This document shows positions 27,458 through 36,219 of a stretch of DNA of 64,000 bases, one piece after another; the stretch's first letter is position 1; each line of letters opens with the position of its first letter. The notes below the pieces were generated by a model. That model worked only from the letters and a program-made list of their open reading frames with translations. It searched no databases and was not told where the DNA came from. Source of the DNA: a virus; the IMG/VR virus record IMGVR_UViG_3300050821_008818, positions 7,364-71,363 of that record; one strand, 5' to 3'. The translations under genes and the position numbers were made by a program.

Positions 27458-27859
27458 ATGAGCCGCGCACTCATAGTTATCAATAATTCAGGACATAACT
27501 CGTCGCGCTCACGAGCGATTGATTGGGTAGTTAAGGCGCCACTTGGAACACGTGTTGAATTCAAGGGTCCTAGGCGCACACTACCACAAAACGATCGCAT
27601 GTGGGCGATGCTAACCGATATTGCCACGCAAAAAGAGCATTTCGGCAGACGCTATTCGCCAGATCAATGGAAGGCGATTTTCATGCACGCTATCGGCCGC
27701 GAGATTCAATTCATCCCAACTATGGCAGGCGATGAAATTATTTCATGGGGCCTTAACTCGTCGGATTTATCCAAGGAAGAGATGAGCGATTTAATCGCGT
27801 TCATGCAAGCTTGGGGTGATCAATTAGGAGTCATTTGGCATGACAAAACTGAGGTATGA
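27458..27859 (+). CDS. NinB/YbcN-like recombination protein
   Basis: RTLPQNDRMWAMLTDIA; SSDLSKEEMSDLI. Confidence 0.85.
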   Translation: MSRALIVINNSGHNSSRSRAIDWVVKAPLGTRVEFKGPRRTLPQNDRMWAMLTDIATQKEHFGRRYSPDQWKAIFMHAIGREIQFIPTMAGDEIISWGLNSSDLSKEEMSDLIAFMQAWGDQLGVIWHDKTEV

Positions 27860-28055
27860 CATGGGCGCGTATTCTATTGGAGAGGTCTTCGAAAAGCTGC
27901 AGCAAGAGAATACATCGCTCAAAGCGCAGCGTGATGATCTTCTCGAGGTGGCGAAGGCTCTCTTCTATTGGATTCCGCTTTCAGATAGCGAAGGATACGC
28001 ATTAGCTAAACGGCTAGAAGCCGCCATAGAGAAGGCCGAAGGTCGCGTATCATGA
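27840..28055 (+). CDS. hypothetical protein
   Basis: QRDDLLE...AAIEKAEG, a common small phage motif. Confidence 0.55.
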   Translation: MTKLRYDMGAYSIGEVFEKLQQENTSLKAQRDDLLEVAKALFYWIPLSDSEGYALAKRLEAAIEKAEGRVS

Positions 28056-28130
28056 TGCTTTTTTACTGTGCGCTCATTCGCTATCTTGGCCCAGTTATCA
28101 TCGTCATGCTATACTGGTTCTCGGTGAGCA

Positions 28131-28487
28131 GTGACGCGTAAGGAGTTCCCGACAAAGGTTCGCGTTGCGGTCATCAAGCGAGCGACGAAGAATTTCGTAA
28201 TCTATTGCGAAGGATGCGAACTGCCAACTAAGGACTTCCAGATTGATCACGTAATTCCGGACTCGCAGGGCGGACCTGCAACGTTAGAAAACGCGCAGTT
28301 GTTAGGACGGTGCTGCTATTCGGCTAAGAATTCTGGCGACACTAGGAAGGCAGCAAAGACAAAGCGAGTTGAAGCAAAGCACCTTGGCGCCGATCCACCA
28401 AAGCAGCAGATCAAATCAAGAGGATTTCGGAGGGCTGAAAGGAAAGAAAAGTTGCCAGTACCGCCAGTGCGGCAGATCTACCAATAG
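28131..28487 (+). CDS. HNH endonuclease
   Basis: CEGC...IDHVIP..QGG...LEN.QLL..CC. Confidence 0.8.
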   Translation: MTRKEFPTKVRVAVIKRATKNFVIYCEGCELPTKDFQIDHVIPDSQGGPATLENAQLLGRCCYSAKNSGDTRKAAKTKRVEAKHLGADPPKQQIKSRGFRRAERKEKLPVPPVRQIYQ

Positions 28488-28667
28488 GAATTTGAAGAAT
28501 CACCCAGGCGGTCCCTCCTTTCCGGCAGCCGGAGCGAGAACACGGGCTATTGTTCAAGGCAATACAAGACAGAGTTCGGTTGGACCGCTTGGGCCGGCAA
28601 GGCCGGGCATACTCATTACCGTGAAACTCTGTAAATTCTCGCAACTAGATTATGGAAGGAATTAAAA

Positions 28668-29099
28668 ATGGCAGGCAGTCTCAACAAGGTACTTCTAATC
28701 GGCAACGTAGGCCGAGATCCAGAAGTTCACCACACCACCAATGGCAATATGATCGCTAGATTTTCTCTCGCAACGTCCGAGACATGGCGAGACAAGGCAA
28801 CCGGCGAACGCAAGGAGCGAACTGAGTGGCACAATGTGGTGATCTTCAATGAAAACTTAGGCAAGGTCGTCGAAGCGTATGTGAGGAAGGGCTCTAAATT
28901 GTACCTAGAGGGCCAATTGCAGACGCGCAAATTCCAAGACCGCGATAGCGGCAGCGACCGGTACACCACAGAGGTTGTCTTGCAGCGGTATCAAGGAACG
29001 CTTGCCTTGCTCGATAGCAAAAATGAATCGTCTGGCTCGTCGCAGGCGCCAGATACGCGAAGCTCGGCCGATATCATTGGCGACGATTTGCCATTTTGA
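28668..29099 (+). CDS. ssb: single-stranded DNA-binding protein
   Basis: [19 protein letters not shown]; ERTEWH; acidic tail DDLPF. Confidence 0.97.
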   Translation: MAGSLNKVLLIGNVGRDPEVHHTTNGNMIARFSLATSETWRDKATGERKERTEWHNVVIFNENLGKVVEAYVRKGSKLYLEGQLQTRKFQDRDSGSDRYTTEVVLQRYQGTLALLDSKNESSGSSQAPDTRSSADIIGDDLPF

Positions 29100-29256
29100 G
29101 GAGATAGCTATTGATGTTTATTTTCAATCTAGGGTGCGGAATTGGCGCTTATTGGATATGCGAAGAGACAGGCGTCTATGTGATGGCATGGGAGAATATC
29201 GACGACTGCATAGCGGTGCAGTTTGTACCGCCTATGGCTGAGGCTGAGGAGCACGC

Positions 29257-29748
29257 ATGTCAGTTTTGAGCGCCCAATCAATCCGAAGTCTTTGCATGAT
29301 CTATCCCGAGGGCTTTTCGGACCGGCCGCTGATATCGCCATTTGTCGAGCGCGGCACGGCCAACGGGCGATCATATGGCCTATCTGCATGCTCGTATGAT
29401 GTCAGAATAGATCATTTCCTCGTGCTCCGGCCAGGGCATTGCGCGCTTGCCAGCACAATGGAGCGCTTTATTTTCCCGGACGATGTATGCGGCCATGTTC
29501 GTGATAAATCTAGCTTAGCACGTAATTTTGTCAGCGTATTGAATACGCATTTCGATCCCGGCTTCGAGGGCTTTGCGACCATCGAGATCATCAATCATGG
29601 TTCAAGAACGATGACATTTCAAAAAGGCGATCCGCTTTGCCAATTCGTGTTCAGCTCGCTCGACGAACCAACGTTGTTCCCATACCGCGGGAAATATTTC
29701 AACCAAGAGCGCGGTCCGCAAGAGGCGAGATATGAGGAGGCGAAATGA
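29257..29748 (+). CDS. dcd: dCTP deaminase
   Basis: SYGLSACSYDVR; DKSSLAR; DPGFEG..TIE; Y.GKY.NQ. Confidence 0.9.
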   Translation: MSVLSAQSIRSLCMIYPEGFSDRPLISPFVERGTANGRSYGLSACSYDVRIDHFLVLRPGHCALASTMERFIFPDDVCGHVRDKSSLARNFVSVLNTHFDPGFEGFATIEIINHGSRTMTFQKGDPLCQFVFSSLDEPTLFPYRGKYFNQERGPQEARYEEAK

Positions 29749-29945
29749 CCAAGGAAGAACTCTTTGAGGCGATGGAGAATTGCATGATCGCACTTGGCCA
29801 TAATGCGCCGTGGAGAGAGCGCGCGGCAGTTGCATTCTATGCCATCCGCGCAAAGGGGTGCGCCGTGGTGGATCGGCATGAACTCGAGATTTTAAAAAGC
29901 ACTTACGGATTCAATCTGCCAGATCTTACGGAACCGCAGGAATGA
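29745..29945 (+). CDS. hypothetical protein
   Basis: GAGGAGG RBS, ATGA overlap. Confidence 0.55.
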   Translation: MTKEELFEAMENCMIALGHNAPWRERAAVAFYAIRAKGCAVVDRHELEILKSTYGFNLPDLTEPQE

Positions 29946-30265
29946 AAGCACTGCGGCCCAAGGAAGTTGCAGAGCGTTGGAAATGCAGTGAGCGTCATGT
30001 TTACAAGTTAATCGCAAATGGGTCATTGGACGCTTTTAGAATTGGGGGTAGGCTCTGGCGCATCACAGAAGGTGCCGTCGAAGAGTTTGAAAAATGCCAC
30101 CCAAGTTCAGGGCTGTCCTCTTTAGGGGACACTTTTATGCAGCCTGGCGAGACCGCGGCGAAACTCGTCGAGTCTCCCTCCGCACCCAAAGTCGTGAGAC
30201 TGCCGAGCAGGCGTTACGCGGTTTTGCCGAGCAATACGAAATTTCCAACCGGCCGCAAATCATAA
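29942..30265 (+). CDS. xis: excisionase (HTH_17-type)
   Basis: LRPKEVAERWKCSERHVYKLI..G.L.AFRIGG..WRI; precedes integrase. Confidence 0.8.
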   Translation: MKALRPKEVAERWKCSERHVYKLIANGSLDAFRIGGRLWRITEGAVEEFEKCHPSSGLSSLGDTFMQPGETAAKLVESPSAPKVVRLPSRRYAVLPSNTKFPTGRKS

Positions 30266-31116
30266 CAGTGGAGTTTTGCTGGGATGGGTATCGCGAGACG
30301 CTTAAGGGCAGACCTGCGTTTCAGACTATGGGCTTTGAAGGGCGCTCTATTTTGCCTTTCTTTGGCACTATGGCCACGGACAGTATCAGGGATGACACTT
30401 GCCTGGCTTACGTATCTGAACGAAGGGCCAGAGGCCGTAAAGACGGAACTATATGGACGGAACTGGGACGATTAAGAAGCGCGCTAAAATGGGCGGAGAG
30501 AAAGAACCTGATAGCCAAGGCGCCTTTCATATCCCGCCCGGCTATGTCACCACCACGGGATTTGCGCTTAAGCCGGGAACAAGCTTTGGCTTTTCTATCT
30601 TCATCCATCACCCCGCACATACGACTGTTCACCGTCTTGTCAATGACAACGGGTGCCCGCGCTGGAGCCTTGCTTGGCTTGACATGGAACCAAGTGGACT
30701 TCGAAAGGCGTATCATCCATCTTGGGACGAGCGGCCAGAGTCCAAAAGCTAAAAGGCGCCCCGTAGTTCCGATTAACCAAACCCTAATGGCAGCCCTCCA
30801 GGAGGCCAAAAGAGGCGCGCTGACAGACTTTGTGGTGGAGTGGAGTGGTAGACCAGTCAAATCAGTCAAGAAGGGCCTGGCAGCCGCCGGAAAGCGTTGT
30901 GGTCTACCGTGGGTCACTGCTCATGTGTTCCGGCACTCCGCCGCCTCATGGATGGCTGAAGCCGGTATCAGTATGGATCGAATTGCCAGCTTCCTCGGGC
31001 ATAGCGACAGTAGAATCACCGCCCGTGTATATGCTAAGTTTTCGCCGGATTATCTGAGGGACGCGGCCGAGGCGCTGGAGATTGAGACAATTCACGAGAT
31101 AAAGGTGGCGAAATGA
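30094..31116 (+). CDS. int: tyrosine integrase
   Basis: TGAR, KAKR, HVFRH, LGH, VYAK catalytic set. Confidence 0.95.
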   Translation: MPPKFRAVLFRGHFYAAWRDRGETRRVSLRTQSRETAEQALRGFAEQYEISNRPQIITVEFCWDGYRETLKGRPAFQTMGFEGRSILPFFGTMATDSIRDDTCLAYVSERRARGRKDGTIWTELGRLRSALKWAERKNLIAKAPFISRPAMSPPRDLRLSREQALAFLSSSITPHIRLFTVLSMTTGARAGALLGLTWNQVDFERRIIHLGTSGQSPKAKRRPVVPINQTLMAALQEAKRGALTDFVVEWSGRPVKSVKKGLAAAGKRCGLPWVTAHVFRHSAASWMAEAGISMDRIASFLGHSDSRITARVYAKFSPDYLRDAAEALEIETIHEIKVAK

Positions 31117-31328
31117 TCGCCGATGGTTTTTGGTGGCGCATTGGATTGTTTGTATTGTCAGTGTTGCTCGCTGCACATTTTTGGGGACAATAAAATATGA
31201 CTTGCGGAGTGCTCCGGTGTTCAAATGAACAGTACACAGGGACATACAAAGGACAAAACGGCACCAGATGCACAACAAAATGGACAGGAAGGCACCAAAA
31301 GCCCTTAGATTCCAATAGAACCACAATT

Positions 31329-31373
31329 TTGGTAAGGGAGAGGTCGCCGGTCCGATCCCGGCCCGCAGCATCA
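31329..31373 (+). other. attP core: 3' half of a tRNA-Thr(GGT)
   Basis: TTGGTAAGGGAGAGGTC-GCCGG-TCCGATC-CCGGC-CCGCAGC-A-TCA about 210 bp after int; no tRNA 5' half; GGACA repeats upstream may be arm sites. Confidence 0.8.
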
Positions 31374-31398
31374 TAAGAAACAAGAAAGTAGACAACTG

Positions 31399-31779
31399 AT
31401 GAAATCACCTTGGGGTGTTCAAATGAACATTGATGTTGCTAGCGATATTCTCGCGCTAGAGCGGCGCATCGTCGCGCTTGAAAAATGGAAGGAATGTCGT
31501 TTCGATGAAATAGAGGAGCGCATCGCCGCGCTTGAGGATAGATTCGATAAAACGGCCATTGAATTTGCTAATCGCATCGCCGCGCTTGAGGATCATGTCG
31601 AAACGATTGATGCAAAATTGGAGTCCCTGATTCTAAAAACAACATCGACTGAGTGGGGACGGAAGATAGAAGAGCGCATCGACGCGCTTGAGATGAAGGT
31701 AGCTAATGAATGGGCCGCGGCCATTGTCATGAAAGATTTTGAAGGACGCATCGCCGAACTAGAGGGCAGGGAGGCGTAA
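31399..31779 (+). CDS. coiled-coil repeat protein
   Basis: five RI.ALE-type repeats encoded by CGCATCG.CGCGCTTGA-like units. Confidence 0.65.
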   Translation: MKSPWGVQMNIDVASDILALERRIVALEKWKECRFDEIEERIAALEDRFDKTAIEFANRIAALEDHVETIDAKLESLILKTTSTEWGRKIEERIDALEMKVANEWAAAIVMKDFEGRIAELEGREA

Positions 31780-31855
31780 TCCAACAAAAATTTGCCCATC
31801 TCCAAACCTCTTCATTTTAAAAAGGTCTCCTAGGCGTAGCAACGCAGAGGAGACA

Positions 31856-31996
31856 ATGAAGAAAATATTTATTTGTATAATCGTTGGGATCGCTCTCTTA
31901 TGGCCATATCCTGTAATTGTCTATTACCCGATCGTGGGGATACCAATATTCATAATAATGGTGGCGTTAGCTATGAGTACCAAAGAGAGATGGTGA
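31856..31996 (+). CDS. 46-aa membrane peptide
   Basis: GAGGAG RBS; MKKIFICIIVGIALLWPYPVIVYYPIVGIPIFIIMVALAM. Confidence 0.55.
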   Translation: MKKIFICIIVGIALLWPYPVIVYYPIVGIPIFIIMVALAMSTKERW

Positions 31997-32303
31997 AAAT
32001 GGATATATTCGATTATTGGAATATTGCGCTGCTTGTTTTCGTTTTTATTTGGGGATTTCTTTGTGGGATTCATGCCAGAGGGAAGACGAATTAAGATCTC
32101 ACAATTTGCTCAAGGCGCGTTCAAGTCGCGGGTAAGTAATATTTGTTTCTGGGACTTCTCGAGGTTTCCTGATTTTTTTCGCCCGCTCAGCAATATCAAG
32201 CACGATTGCCGCAAGTGCGTTCATCTCGTTCTCTTCGGTAGCGGAATCGCCGTCATTCGTGCATGTGGCGATCGCGCATGCGACAGGAATGATTTTGCGC
32301 AGA

Positions 32304-32885
32304 TCACGCTCGAACTTGTTCCGGAATGTATGAACCTTCACATTTGTCATGACCCAGCTCCTCGAGCCAAATCTCAATCGCGCCCTCAACCCGAGCGAAT
32401 AGGATGTCCTTGCTAAATCCATCATTTAGAACGCGCATGTCAGCTCGCCAATCTTGAACTTCTGAAATATGCGCGTCATATGTCCCGGGAAATGCAGGCC
32501 GGCGTATTTCGATCACCGCACCATTGCGCTTGTGAATCGCCCACGCTTCGTTAATAAAGCGGCAATCATCGACGACAACAAGATCGTATTTGAGCGCTTC
32601 CCGGCGCCAGAGGCTTACCCAAAAATCAGGATGAATGGCACGCCCCCATTCCGTTCCGAGTGTCTGCATTGCAAAGCGAGGCGTAGTACCGGACAGGATA
32701 ATCGCCGGCATCTCTTTGAGCGCGCCATCTATCTGCTCTTCGGAAAGCCCGATCGCACGCAGCATGTTCTTTATCGGATCAGCGAACCTTATAAGCTTAT
32801 AACCGCGCTCGATGAAATATTGAGCCGCCGTGGATTTGCCGGCACCTATTTTGCCCTTGAGACCAATTACCTTGGGAAAATTCAT
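32304..32885 (-). CDS. deoxynucleoside monophosphate kinase
   Basis: IGLKGKIGAGKST; FADPIK; TPRFAMQTLGTEWGR; DDCRF.NE; HISE. Confidence 0.9.
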   Translation of the reverse strand: MNFPKVIGLKGKIGAGKSTAAQYFIERGYKLIRFADPIKNMLRAIGLSEEQIDGALKEMPAIILSGTTPRFAMQTLGTEWGRAIHPDFWVSLWRREALKYDLVVVDDCRFINEAWAIHKRNGAVIEIRRPAFPGTYDAHISEVQDWRADMRVLNDGFSKDILFARVEGAIEIWLEELGHDKCEGSYIPEQVRA

Positions 32886-32887
32886 TT

Positions 32888-33124
32888 CTAGCGCCCTGCA
32901 AGTGCGGCGTCGATCATGCCCCACCAAACAACCCTAGGACACGAATCTTCCCACCATTCCCCTCCAGCATCCCACCCGGCAAGTTCCATATTTTCTGTCG
33001 GCTCACGCATAGCCTTTACTGCAGCGACTGCTAAAGTTTCATAGGGGTAAGGGCCAGATGCCCAAACGGTAGTGTCGTCTATTTCCTCAATTGCTTTGGC
33101 CACACGCTTAACCATCTCGTTCAT
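32888..33124 (-). CDS. hypothetical protein
   Basis: MVKRVAKAI...AMREPT..M...MIDAAL, a common alphaproteobacterial phage family. Confidence 0.65.
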   Translation of the reverse strand: MNEMVKRVAKAIEEIDDTTVWASGPYPYETLAVAAVKAMREPTENMELAGWDAGGEWWEDSCPRVVWWGMIDAALAGR

Positions 33125-34125
33125 TTTTTCTCCAATTGCTGCGCCGTAACAGTGGTTCTGTATCTTTCCCCGTAATCTTTATGGAATGCGATCGCTGTCA
33201 TACTCCGACCGCAAATAGGCCCCGCACCATATCCCTGGCGTTTATGCCAAGCGTCAGGAGGACAAAGCGTCTCAAATGCTTCAACGATAGCGCCGCCCTT
33301 GCGAAATTTATCTATGTGATGGGTGTGTCCGACGAGCGCATAACGATAGTCTGATTCCCCCCATTCCCTTGGAAAGTCTCTCGCCATTATCTCGGGAGCA
33401 TTCTTCGGTCTGGCATTGTTGCCATGATATGAAACAATGAAGTTTTTCCCGAAAGTCCACTTCCAAAAGTGGCCCGGATCGCAATTGATTTGGACGCGCG
33501 GCTCATTGTGAAACCATGACCAAAGGCCCAAAGCAAGCCATGGGGTGCTAAACTCGTCGTGATTGCCTGGGAGGAATTCAACTTCAATCTCTTGATACTT
33601 TTGCAGTGCAAGCTCAATCATTGAGAGCGCGGAGATTAAGGCCGCATGGCATACCCTAGAACGCCGCGTATCAACATCAACTTGCGTCCCTGCCGTAGTC
33701 GTTCCACCGGCAGTATCAAAGTGGATGAAGTCGCCAAGGCCAAGAATGAATGCTTTTTGAGTAGCCGGCATGGAATTAACAAGATCACACATGGCATCAT
33801 GGTGCATGCGTTCCGCTATCTTGGTATCCCAATTTGCAACCTTGGTTTCAAACGCGTCGGCATATCCTCCGAAATGAGCATCACCAATGATGAACCCGAC
33901 GGCAAGGTCGTCAATAACGTGCTCTGGTGGCGGAGTAAGCTCTGCTCTTCCCTTGTACTCTTCAAAGGTCTGTTTTAGAGACTCAATTGCTAGACTAACG
34001 AGATCGGCATTTGGCGCATAGCGTGGCCATTGCCTTTCAACTCGACCGTCGGGACCGGTTTGAACCGTCACCTTTTGCAGAGCGAAACCCGGCGGCGGAG
34101 CGAACTCAGATTCGGCTTCAGGCAT
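33121..34125 (-). CDS. calcineurin-like metallophosphoesterase
   Basis: GDAHFG, LGDFIH, PGNHD, YHG, GHTHH. Confidence 0.85.
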   Translation of the reverse strand: MPEAESEFAPPPGFALQKVTVQTGPDGRVERQWPRYAPNADLVSLAIESLKQTFEEYKGRAELTPPPEHVIDDLAVGFIIGDAHFGGYADAFETKVANWDTKIAERMHHDAMCDLVNSMPATQKAFILGLGDFIHFDTAGGTTTAGTQVDVDTRRSRVCHAALISALSMIELALQKYQEIEVEFLPGNHDEFSTPWLALGLWSWFHNEPRVQINCDPGHFWKWTFGKNFIVSYHGNNARPKNAPEIMARDFPREWGESDYRYALVGHTHHIDKFRKGGAIVEAFETLCPPDAWHKRQGYGAGPICGRSMTAIAFHKDYGERYRTTVTAQQLEKK

Positions 34126-34131
34126 TAAGCA

Positions 34132-34302
34132 TCACTTTAATGGTGAGACCAAGTGAGGTATATGATAATAACGAACACCGCGATGATGAACGTAGTGATG
34201 ATGGGTGTGATGTGGCGAATAAGAAAATAGAAGCCATCCGGCATGCAATGGAGTTACCGCAAAGAATATAATTATCAATAGGGTTATGAGAGCAAAGTGC
34301 AT
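34132..34302 (-). CDS. 56-aa exported His-rich peptide
   Basis: hand translation MHFALITLLIIIFFAVTPLHA-GWLLFSYSPHHTHHHYVHHRGVRYYHIPHLVSPLK; TGATG coupling. Confidence 0.55.
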   Translation of the reverse strand: MHFALITLLIIIFFAVTPLHAGWLLFSYSPHHTHHHYVHHRGVRYYHIPHLVSPLK

Positions 34303-34640
34303 CATAATTTAACGTCGGTTAGCCCCCCCCGTTCGCGCTTTAGCATCTCTTTCAATTCCTCTATTTCAGCTGACGCCCTGTTTAGCCTCTCGACCGCCTG
34401 GGATAATTGATTGTTGACCAGCACATGAATGGTGTCCAGCTTCTCATTGGTATTGTGGCTAGTTTCAACGAGCGTTGTTTTGACCTCCGCAACCTTCTGA
34501 GCTGCCAAAACCGCAAGGCTTGCTGCTTTTATCGCATTCTTGTTCGCAATATAGCCAGCCCATATGCTGGAAAGTGTCGGCGCCATTGCGGCGCCCGCAA
34601 TCGTGGCCAAGGCCAAATATGGCTGTAGTTCGATTGTCAT
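34302..34640 (-). CDS. membrane-anchored coiled-coil protein (lysis-cassette accessory)
   Basis: GGAG RBS; N-terminal TM; LDTIHVLVN. Confidence 0.55.
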   Translation of the reverse strand: MTIELQPYLALATIAGAAMAPTLSSIWAGYIANKNAIKAASLAVLAAQKVAEVKTTLVETSHNTNEKLDTIHVLVNNQLSQAVERLNRASAEIEELKEMLKRERGGLTDVKL

Positions 34641-34686
34641 GTTATGCTCCAGAAATACATCAATCGCATCCCAGAAATCCACCGTT

Positions 34687-34953
34687 CTAGCTCTGAAAAT
34701 TTCCGTCTGGTCCGATCCTGGAATTTGTAGATGGAACCCATCCGCCGGCCCCATCCGGGACAACATGTTGCGGAGCGGTTAAGCTATTGATCTGAATAAA
34801 CGAATCCAGCACCTTCTTGGCGATCAGGGCGGCGGGAAAGGTTGCGCCCGCAATCTGAAGTATTTCGTCCAGGGTCCCGATTTCCTCTTTGTACTTCCCG
34901 TGCGCGAGGTCGAGTAGAAATGTGCTCGCAATTTCAGAAGGGGATGTGCTCAT
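34687..34953 (-). CDS. hypothetical protein in lysis cassette
   Basis: 88 aa. Confidence 0.5.
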   Translation of the reverse strand: MSTSPSEIASTFLLDLAHGKYKEEIGTLDEILQIAGATFPAALIAKKVLDSFIQINSLTAPQHVVPDGAGGWVPSTNSRIGPDGNFQS

Positions 34954-35029
34954 TTAGATATCCAATAGCCATAGGCAATTATGGCGAAGAGGATAACGGC
35001 CGCCATAAGCGGCCAAGATCCATCACCGC

Positions 35030-35257
35030 TCACTTGATAATCGTCTTTCCATCCGGGACGACTACAACCGTCTTCTTTGTTTCCGGCATAAGAGTAGCAA
35101 GCATGCCGGCTACTGCGACCATAACTGTCGAGATGCCCTGAACCAATGTCGGATCATTCGGAATTATTTTCATAGCAACCGCAACAGATGCGATACCCGC
35201 ATATGTACTAGGCTCTCTCATGCGCTCGAGGATATAAGTAATTACTGGATTATCCAT
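35030..35257 (-). CDS. putative holin
   Basis: ERMREPSTYAG, two TMs, follows the lysin. Confidence 0.65.
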   Translation of the reverse strand: MDNPVITYILERMREPSTYAGIASVAVAMKIIPNDPTLVQGISTVMVAVAGMLATLMPETKKTVVVVPDGKTIIK

Positions 35258-35278
35258 AATTCTACCTTTTGTTTGTGG

Positions 35279-36154
35279 TTAATGCTGCACGGGAGCTTGT
35301 ATTTTCCCGAGCAGATCGGCAATTTCAGCTACCATAGCTTGAACAGTTGGCTGCAGTTGCGCGATTTTGGCATCAATGTCCGCCCGTTGCGCGATAAGCG
35401 CCTTGAGCTGATCGATCGACGATGTTAAATGAGCTGGAGTTGGGGTTGCCTGAGTATTAGGCGCCGCAATTGGTTCCGCCGGATCATCCCAAGCTTCATG
35501 GATTGGGGCGGCGGGTGCAATAACCGGCGGCTTCCTATTCATGACAAGGCTTGCAATCAGCATTACTATGCCGGTTCCAACCGTCATTAAAATATGGCTG
35601 GGCTGGACATCCTTGAGAAGATATTGGAGTAGTGGAGCTAGCGCAACGAGAGCCCCGCCAACTGATGCTGCTGCTATGTTTGGAGCAGCCGGCGAGGGGG
35701 CAGGAACAACCTTTGGTAGGGCATCCATATGGTCAAGCAGCGCATGCGCATAGGTTATTCGACGGTCGAGTGCCGCCGCTGCTAAATTTGGCCGCTCATA
35801 TTGCACCATAACATTTGCAGTAAGTGTCTCTAGAGACTTCTTCCCAGCGACTAAATCAGTCCACAAACGAGGATAATCACGTTGGCATTCGGTTTTGAAA
35901 AATTGAGCTTGGACTTGCAGCGTATTCCAATTCGGGAGACGTTCAAGCTCCGTCAGCCGGCTCAGTCTCCATTGCATGACACCGTCGGACCCATGATCTT
36001 TAGCCCCAAGAGTCAGGGGGCGCAGCAAGTTCTCTTGCCACCCGTTGCCGCCTACCGCGCAAGCGCTTGGGAGCGGAAGCGGTCCAGGACCAGCCATAAG
36101 TGCTTGGATGAAGACGCGTCCACGAGCAAGAATATCTGACTGAGTGTCGGGCAT
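35279..36154 (-). CDS. putative endolysin (phage tail-lysozyme-type domain plus C-terminal TMs)
   Basis: GN.WQE...G..QW...R...L.VQAQF...YERP. Confidence 0.7.
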   Translation of the reverse strand: MPDTQSDILARGRVFIQALMAGPGPLPLPSACAVGGNGWQENLLRPLTLGAKDHGSDGVMQWRLSRLTELERLPNWNTLQVQAQFFKTECQRDYPRLWTDLVAGKKSLETLTANVMVQYERPNLAAAALDRRITYAHALLDHMDALPKVVPAPSPAAPNIAAASVGGALVALAPLLQYLLKDVQPSHILMTVGTGIVMLIASLVMNRKPPVIAPAAPIHEAWDDPAEPIAAPNTQATPTPAHLTSSIDQLKALIAQRADIDAKIAQLQPTVQAMVAEIADLLGKIQAPVQH

Positions 36155-36173
36155 ATTTCCTCAAATATTGAAT

Positions 36174-36210
36174 AAATCCCGCACCGCCAAAGCGTGACGA
36201 TGCGGGATTT
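36174..36210. terminator. hairpin, possible bidirectional terminator
   Basis: AAATCCCGCA...TGCGGGATTT. Confidence 0.5.
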
Positions 36211-36219
36211 AATTATTAG

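Noticed and set aside
31329-31373. Complete tRNA-Thr gene
   Set aside because: Only the anticodon loop to 3' end is present; upstream sequence cannot form the acceptor or D arm
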